This document shows positions 57,839 through 64,000 of a stretch of 64,000 nt of DNA, piece after piece (within the stretch, counting starts at the first letter, position 1; every line of letters starts with the position of its first letter). The DNA comes from an uncultured Gemmatimonadales bacterium (GTDB lineage: Bacteria; Gemmatimonadota; Gemmatimonadetes; Longimicrobiales; Gaopeijiaceae): assembly GCA_963823035.1 (NCBI GenBank), contig CAWGKG010000014.1:64001-128000 (forward strand), written 5' to 3'. The position numbers and the translations under genes were made by a program. The notes below the pieces were generated by a model. That model was not told the DNA's origin, searched no databases, and saw nothing but the letters and a program-made list of their open reading frames with translations.

Positions 57839-60066
57839 CCCATGTCCTCGTCGTCGAAGTGCTCGCGCCGCTCCACGGCCAGCACGCCCTTCACGCGCCC
57901 GATCGCGCGGCGCACCTTCTCGAGGTGGGTGAGGTCCTGCACCTCGACCACGAACTCCGCCGTCATGCCGCCCTCTCCGGTGCGCATGTCGGCATGCTGG
58001 ATGTCGGTGCCGGTGTCACTGATGGCCTTGGCCACGTCCGAGAGGATCCCCCGGCGGTCCGTGCCGCGCATGTAGAGGCGCACGAAGAAGCGGTCTCCCT
58101 TCTCCGCGGCCCACTCGATCTCCACACGCCGCTCCGGGTCGCGCGCCAGCGCCAGGACGTTGGGACAGTCCTGCCGGTGGATGCTCACCCCCCGGCCCCG
58201 CGTGACGTAGCCCACCACGGCGTCTCCCGGCACGGGCTGACAGCAGCGCGAAAAGCGGACCATGAGGTTGTCCATCCCCTGGATCCGCACGCCGCGTCCC
58301 GAGATGCGCAGCCGCTCCGCCAGCTTCTCGAGCGTGGTGGGTGGGCGCCGCGCGACCTCCGCCGGATCGTGGTCCGGGAAGAGCTGCTTGATCACGGCGG
58401 TCGGGCCCACGTCGCCGCGCCCGAGCGCCGCGTGCACGTGCTCGAAGTCCGGGAAGCCGAGCGTGATGGCCGCCTCGAGGAGGTCGTGGTGGTCCGTGGG
58501 GAGCGAGCGCTTCGCCTTCTTCAGCTCGCGGTCCAGGAACTCGCGGCCGAGCTTGAGCGCCGAATCGAACTCCTCCTTGCGGATCCACTGGCGGATGCGC
58601 TGGCGGGCACGCGACGTCTTCACGAAGGCGAGCCAGTCGCGGTTGGGCCGCTGACGCGCGTTCGTGAGGATCTCGACCGTGTCCCCGTTCCTGAGCTCGC
58701 GCGAGAGCGGCGCGATGCGTCCGTTCACCTTCGCGCCCGCGCAGTGCAGCCCGACCTCGGTGTGGACGCTGAAGGCGAAGTCGATCGGCGTGGAGCCCTG
58801 CGGCACGGACTTCACCTCTCCCTTCGGCGTGAAGACGAAGATCTCGCCCTGGAAGAGGTCCATCCGGAGGAACTCCATGAACTCCTCCGGCTCGCGCGTG
58901 TCCTGCTGCCACTCGAGCACCTGGCGGAACCAGGTCAGCGCCTCGTCCACCTCGCTCTCCGACTTGTCGACGCCCACGGGCTGTCCGTCCAGGCCCTCCT
59001 TGTACCGCCAGTGCGCGGCGATGCCGTACTCCGCGGTGCGGTGCATCTCCTCCGTGCGGATCTGGATCTCGTAGCGCCGCCCTCCCGGCCCGAAGACCGT
59101 GGTGTGGAGGGAGCGGTACATGTTGGACTTCGGCGTGGCGATATAGTCGTGGAAGCGCTCGGGGATGGGGGTCCAGCGACTGTGGATGACGCCGAGCGCC
59201 GCGTAGCAGTTCTGCACGGAGTCCGTGGTGACCCGCATGGCCATGAGGTCGTAGATCTCCTCGTAGGGCCGGTTGCGGTACATCATCTTGCGGTGGATCG
59301 ACCAGAGGTGCTTCGGACGCCCGTGCACCTCGGAGGGGATGCCGGCTTCGGTCAGCGCCTCCTCGAGCGGGCGCTGCAGCTCCAGGATCTGCCGCTCGCG
59401 CTCCTTGCGACGCTGCTTGACCTTCTTGCTCAGGTCGTCGTACGCCTCCGGCTCCAGGAACTTGAACGACAGGTCCTCGAGCTCCCAGCGGATGGCGGCC
59501 ATCCCCAGGCGGTGGGCGAGCGGGGCGTAGATCTCCCGCGTCTCGAGCGCGATGCGCTTCCGCTTCGCCGGCGGCAGGTGCTCCAGCGTGCGCATGTTGT
59601 GGAGCCGGTCGGCCAGCTTGACCAGGATGACGCGCGCGTCCTCGGCCATGCTGAGGAGCATCTTCCGGTAGTTCTCCACCTGCTGCTCGGTGGCCGAGCT
59701 GAACTGCACGCGCCCCAGCTTGGTGACCCCGTCGACGATCGTGGCGACCTCCCCCCCGAAGCGCGCCTCGATGTCGGCGATGGAGATGGCCGTGTCCTCG
59801 ACCGTGTCGTGGATCAGCCCCGTGACGACGGACGCCGTGTCCAGGCGGAGCTGGGCCAGGATCGTGGCCACCTCCACCGTGTGCATGACGTAGTCCTCCC
59901 CCGACGCACGCCGCTGTCCGGAGTGCGCTTCCGCGGCGAGCTCGTACGCCTCGCGGATCTTGTCCACGTCCAGCCGATCCGCGTACGCCTCCAGGGCTCG
60001 TGCAAGGGGGCGTGGAAGACCGCGGATGGTGGGCGTCGGGCCTTGAGTACCTGTGGCCGTCGCCAT
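57829..60066 (-). CDS. spoT: Bifunctional (p)ppGpp synthetase/hydrolase Rel/SpoT
   Basis: Intact HD motif (LIHDTVED), [34 protein letters not shown] and ACT domains. Confidence 0.96.
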   Translation of the reverse strand: MATATGTQGPTPTIRGLPRPLARALEAYADRLDVDKIREAYELAAEAHSGQRRASGEDYVMHTVEVATILAQLRLDTASVVTGLIHDTVEDTAISIADIEARFGGEVATIVDGVTKLGRVQFSSATEQQVENYRKMLLSMAEDARVILVKLADRLHNMRTLEHLPPAKRKRIALETREIYAPLAHRLGMAAIRWELEDLSFKFLEPEAYDDLSKKVKQRRKERERQILELQRPLEEALTEAGIPSEVHGRPKHLWSIHRKMMYRNRPYEEIYDLMAMRVTTDSVQNCYAALGVIHSRWTPIPERFHDYIATPKSNMYRSLHTTVFGPGGRRYEIQIRTEEMHRTAEYGIAAHWRYKEGLDGQPVGVDKSESEVDEALTWFRQVLEWQQDTREPEEFMEFLRMDLFQGEIFVFTPKGEVKSVPQGSTPIDFAFSVHTEVGLHCAGAKVNGRIAPLSRELRNGDTVEILTNARQRPNRDWLAFVKTSRARQRIRQWIRKEEFDSALKLGREFLDRELKKAKRSLPTDHHDLLEAAITLGFPDFEHVHAALGRGDVGPTAVIKQLFPDHDPAEVARRPPTTLEKLAERLRISGRGVRIQGMDNLMVRFSRCCQPVPGDAVVGYVTRGRGVSIHRQDCPNVLALARDPERRVEIEWAAEKGDRFFVRLYMRGTDRRGILSDVAKAISDTGTDIQHADMRTGEGGMTAEFVVEVQDLTHLEKVRRAIGRVKGVLAVERREHFDDEDMGWV

Positions 60067-60074
60067 AGTGAACG

Positions 60075-61390
60075 CTAAGGTAGGACCGCGGGCGTGGTCG
60101 GGGCGAGAGTGACGATACCCGTCGCTGCGCCCCGCTGGATCCCGCTCACCCTCCCGGAAGGTGCCGCGATCTGCCCCATGAAGAGGATCGTTCCCGACAG
60201 CCGCTCGCGTATCACGAAGAGGAAGGGGCGGTCGACGCGCATGCTGAACCCGCCCCCGGCCGACGTGAGGCCCACCTCGACCGACGTGGCCGCCGCGGCC
60301 TCCGTACCCTCCTCGTTGACGTCCACCCAGCTCTTCTGGAGGACGTTGCTGATGTAGAGCCCGGCGCTCGGCGACAGGGGGCTGAAGTCCGCGACCCGGT
60401 CGTCGAACGCGTCGGTCATGCCCAGCGCCTTCAGGTCTTCGTTGAGCAGGCGCTTGTAGCTCATCCTGAAGCGCGGCAGCCAGAGCGTTCCCTTCACGCC
60501 GTGGAAGCCGCCCACCAGGTCGGCCCACCCGTCGGCGTCGAGGGAGGAGACGAGCTCCTCGAGCGGTACGTCCTCACGCGGAAGGAGGACCGTCATCGAG
60601 AACGCCTGGCCCCCGTACGGGAGGTCGACGGCCTGGTAGTCGGCGCCGGCGCGGTACGGCAGGGTCGCCTCGAGCTTCATCAGCTTCATCGACCGGCTGG
60701 TGCCGTCGGCGAAGTGGAAGGGCTCGTCGCGCGTGTCCCTCGGGTCGAACTCCTGCGTCCAGGTGCCCTTGAAGTAGATCGCGTTGATCAGGTACATGAC
60801 CACTTCTGCGGGGATCGGATCCGGCACGATGGCGTCGATCCTGCCCTTCGTCGCGTCGCTCACCCAGCCGTTGACATGCCCGGCGGCCGACGCCTTCGCG
60901 AAGTCCAGCTCCTCGGCCTCGGCGTCGAAGTACTCCTTCACCGTGTCCAGGAACGTCTGGCGCACCGGGAAGCCCGTGCGCGACCAGACCGAGTTCGCCA
61001 CCGCCATCTCGACGGTCGGATCGAGCCCCAGGAGGAGGTCGATCAGGCCGCGGTACGCCGCGTCGATCTCCTCCATCGTGAGGTCGCCGAAGCCGAGCGC
61101 CGTGCGCATCTGCGCGAGGGTCTCGCCGGCCGTGCCGTTCATCGTCATCCCCAGCGCCATGGAAGCCGACACGGGCGAGAGGAAGAGGTTCGAGTCCGGA
61201 CGGCTGGCCACGTGGAGGAGATCGAAGGCGAAGCGATTGCTCGCCCCGATCACCTCGATCTCGTCGGCGGTCAGCGCCCGGGGCAGCTCGGTGATCTCCT
61301 CGACCGGCCCCGGCCCGACGGGACCGTCACCGCAGGCGGAGAAGGGCGAGGAAGGGTGAGCGTGCCGAGTGCTGCGAGGCGTATCTTCAT
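60075..61390 (-). CDS. Serpin family protease inhibitor, probable lipoprotein; frameshift(s) near 61350, true stop possibly 60146
   Basis: SNRFAFDL, NLFLSPVS, INAIYFKGTW, LPRF, VNEEGTEAAAAT, VDRPFLFVIRE..SGTILFMG; ATG 61390 gives MKIRLAALGTLT, and SACG follows after an indel. Confidence 0.93.
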
Positions 61391-61513
61391 CGGTGGTGTT
61401 CCCCGGGGTGTCCGTTGCGTCCGTCCGAAGAGAACGAGCCGGCGGCCCGCGGTGTGACCCGGGAAGGCGCGTCACGGTCGTCCCCTTCCCCGGACGGCGC
61501 AGGTCGGATGGCC

Positions 61514-62260
61514 TCAGCCCATCCGCGCGCGCATCTTCGCGACCCATGCCCCGTCCATCCGCTCCAGGCGCGCCTTCTTCAGGTTCTCGCGGAGCACCCA
61601 GCGCACGTCCGGGCTCCGATCGGCCGTCCGGTGCTCGAAGCGTTTCTTCCCTTCCGACGGACGCGCCACGATGGCCACGCTCCAGCCGTAGCCCAGCGCC
61701 TTGCGCAACACCCGAACGTCGTCGGCGCGCGGGTCCTGCTCCGCCGTGAGGGAGCCCGTGATCCGGTCCAGGATGCCGAGAACGGCGCGGGCGTGGCCCG
61801 GCCCGGCCAGGAGCCGCGGCTCGCACAGCCCCGCGACGATCGCGCGACGCTCCAGCGCCGAACCGTCGGCCCAGGCCTCCATCTCCTCGAGGAGGCGACC
61901 CATGTCCGCGTCCCCGATCCGTTGCAGGCCCATGGCGACCCCCTCCCTCACCCGCCAGCGGGGATCCCCCGCCAGGGCGCGGAGCCGGGGCCAGAGCCCG
62001 CTGTCGCCCGCCGCGATGCGCGCACCAAGGCCGGCGGCCCCGCACGCGGCGACGAACTCTCCGGGCGTATGGGTCGGAGACCCATCCGGGGGGTGTCGCT
62101 CCAGGAGCGCCAGGAAGCGCGGCGTGTCCCCCTCGTCGGCCACAGCCGCCAGCAGCTCGAGGTTGGCGCGCGGGCCCGGGAGGTTGGAATGCGCGAGGAG
62201 GTAGGGCTCCCAGTCGGTGAGGGCGCGGAGGGCGGTGCGGTAGTCGGTGCGGCGGGACAT
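61514..62260 (-). CDS. HEAT/ARM-repeat-like hypothetical protein
   Basis: LRALAGDPRWRVREGVAMGLQRIG and DVRWVLRENLKK HEAT-like helical motifs. Confidence 0.65.
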   Translation of the reverse strand: MSRRTDYRTALRALTDWEPYLLAHSNLPGPRANLELLAAVADEGDTPRFLALLERHPPDGSPTHTPGEFVAACGAAGLGARIAAGDSGLWPRLRALAGDPRWRVREGVAMGLQRIGDADMGRLLEEMEAWADGSALERRAIVAGLCEPRLLAGPGHARAVLGILDRITGSLTAEQDPRADDVRVLRKALGYGWSVAIVARPSEGKKRFEHRTADRSPDVRWVLRENLKKARLERMDGAWVAKMRARMG

Positions 62261-62276
62261 GGGCGTGGCGACGTGC

Positions 62277-63755
62277 CTAGTGGGCCCCGCGGCGCGCGAG
62301 CACGGTCGGCACGGTCATGAAGAGGATCCAGAGATCCTGGATGATCGACCAGTTGCGCACGTATTCGAGGTCCATCTCGGCGCGCGCCGGGAAGCCGACG
62401 TCGCTGCGGCCCGAGACCTGCCACGCGCCCGTCATGCCCGGCTTCACGCTGAGCAGGGTGGGAATGAACCCGCTGTACATCTCGAGCTCCGGCTCCACGA
62501 CCGGACGCGGACCCACGAGGGACAGATCCCCCTTCAGGACGTTGAGGAGCTGCGGAAGCTCGTCGAGGCTCGTCTTGCGGAGGAAGCGGCCCACGCGAGT
62601 GACGCGCGGATCCTCGTCTTCGGGCAGCTTGTAGTCGTTCTCGGCGTATCGGTGGTACAACTCGTGGTCTTCCTGCAGGAACGCCTCCGCGTCCGCCCAC
62701 ATGCTCCGGAACTTCAAGAGCTCGAAGAACTCCCCCCCGAGGCCGGCTCGGCGGTGGCGAAAGAAGACCGGGCCCGGCGAGGTCAGCTTCACCGCGAGTC
62801 CGATCCCGAGCATGAGGGGCGCGAAGAACACGAGAAGCGCCAGCGACCCCACGATGTCGAGCGCGCGCTTCAGCACGAACTGGGACGCCCTCAAGGACGG
62901 CGCGGTCATCATGAAGAGCGGCACACCGCGCACCCAGATGCGCGTCGGGTCCACACCGACCAACTGGCCGGTGCGGGGCACGGTGAGGAGATGACAGCCG
63001 TGCGTCAGCGCGAAGTCCGTGATCTGGCCGAACTGCGTGGGAGGCAGGTCTCCGGAGATGAGGAGCGTGTCGACGCCCCCTTCCAGCCAATCCTCCAGGG
63101 CCTCCAGATCGCTCGGGAGGTCTCCGGCCTTCAGCGAAGCCATCACGCGGTAGCGCGGGCCCAGATCCGGCAAGCTTGGAGCCCCCCATCCCCCCCGGAT
63201 CTCCAACACCTGCTGCGCCATACGCTGCCTGGGCAGACGGCGCGCCAGCCAGGACGCGGCAGTGCGCAGGGCTACCAGGCTCATGCCCAGAGTAAACCAG
63301 ACGACAACGCCCCGTACCACGACGAGGACGGCCTGACCGTGCCAGAGATCGCTGTACAGGGCCATCGTGACGGCCAGTGCGGCCGCCGCCAGGATCCGCA
63401 CCGGCTCTCGCCAGAGGTCTCCCGCCCGATAGCCCCCCGTGAGCACCATCGCCAGCACGAGGGCGAAGAGGAGTTGGGCTCCGGATACTGCGGACCGCGG
63501 CAGGAAGCTCAGGGCGAACTCTCGGATCACAGGCCCGAACCACCCACCTCTGGCGAATCGGATCAACTCGCGGCCCCCCGCGAGCGCAGTCCCGTCCACA
63601 GCCAGGAGAACGGCAAGCCGCACCAAGCTCTTGAAGAGGTGCGCCCGCAGGTTCCGCCGCATCCGACGCAGGAAGGACTCCGGCGAAGAGCCGGTCGCGT
63701 CGCGCCGGCCTCCCCGGAGTCCGCCCAACGCTTGAATGTCAGGCGTGGTCAGCAC
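62277..63755 (-). CDS. Polyprenyl-phosphate priming glycosyl-phosphotransferase (WcaJ/WbaP/CpsE family)
   Basis: N-terminal TM helices, [59 protein letters not shown]. Confidence 0.93.
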   Translation of the reverse strand: MLTTPDIQALGGLRGGRRDATGSSPESFLRRMRRNLRAHLFKSLVRLAVLLAVDGTALAGGRELIRFARGGWFGPVIREFALSFLPRSAVSGAQLLFALVLAMVLTGGYRAGDLWREPVRILAAAALAVTMALYSDLWHGQAVLVVVRGVVVWFTLGMSLVALRTAASWLARRLPRQRMAQQVLEIRGGWGAPSLPDLGPRYRVMASLKAGDLPSDLEALEDWLEGGVDTLLISGDLPPTQFGQITDFALTHGCHLLTVPRTGQLVGVDPTRIWVRGVPLFMMTAPSLRASQFVLKRALDIVGSLALLVFFAPLMLGIGLAVKLTSPGPVFFRHRRAGLGGEFFELLKFRSMWADAEAFLQEDHELYHRYAENDYKLPEDEDPRVTRVGRFLRKTSLDELPQLLNVLKGDLSLVGPRPVVEPELEMYSGFIPTLLSVKPGMTGAWQVSGRSDVGFPARAEMDLEYVRNWSIIQDLWILFMTVPTVLARRGAH

Positions 63756-63836
63756 TCGCTATGACCGTCCGGTGTCGGAGACTCCGCCTCCACTTGGGGC
63801 GGGTTGGTTGCCAACTTGGGACTGTGTAACAGGTGC

Positions 63837-63852
63837 GGCAAGAGTTGGACCA
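63837..63852 (-). promoter_or_regulatory. Putative sigma54 promoter (TGGTCC-N5-TTGC) of the sugar transferase gene
   Basis: TGG-N-TTGC with exact GG-N10-GC spacing, about 80 nt upstream of the start. Confidence 0.55.
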
Positions 63853-64000
63853 ACGAGCGGGGGGCCGCCCGAGTCATGCACCTCAAGACTCACGTGCGGG
63901 TCGATCGACGAGCACGGCAGCAACGCCCCTTTCACGCTATTCCTGCGACGGGTACTTCGACCGTCTTCCGTCCACCGTTCAAACCCAGATCACCAAGAGA

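Overview
High-GC core-chromosome window from a diderm bacterium. Gene content and order suggest Gemmatimonadota or another FCB-group lineage (inference, not searched). About 60 genes are present, all on the minus strand except a SurA/PpiD-like foldase. They cover translation and tRNA modification (prfA, prmC, rpmE, efp, rimO, rimI, tsaB, tsaE, obgE), DNA and stress functions (hrcA, dprA, ftsK, radC, uvrB, nrdR, rel/spoT), metabolism (hemW, tmk, ino1, accBC, aroQ, nadD, prenyltransferase, class 3 asparaginase, ComB-like phosphatase) and envelope biogenesis (lnt, lolA, lptD, bamD, tatA/C, tolQRAB-pal-cpoB, S41 protease, LysM protein). Nucleotide-sugar enzymes (DegT-like, ugd, uxs, two epimerases, a priming glycosyltransferase), four TPR proteins and a lipoprotein serpin are also present. 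About 20 genes, including essential ones, carry small frameshifts, most likely long-read consensus errors. I saw no tRNA, rRNA, CRISPR array or mobile element. Most interesting signals: (1) exported proteins are rich in, and carry tandem copies of, the Bacteroidota-type O-glycosylation sequon D-(S/T)-(A/I/L/V/M/T); (2) signal-peptidase-I substrates expose Gln at +1, as in the Bacteroidota Q-rule; (3) two TPR scaffolds have long acidic linkers built from repeated short motifs; (4) a TTGAC-N18-NNTCTT promoter architecture recurs four times.
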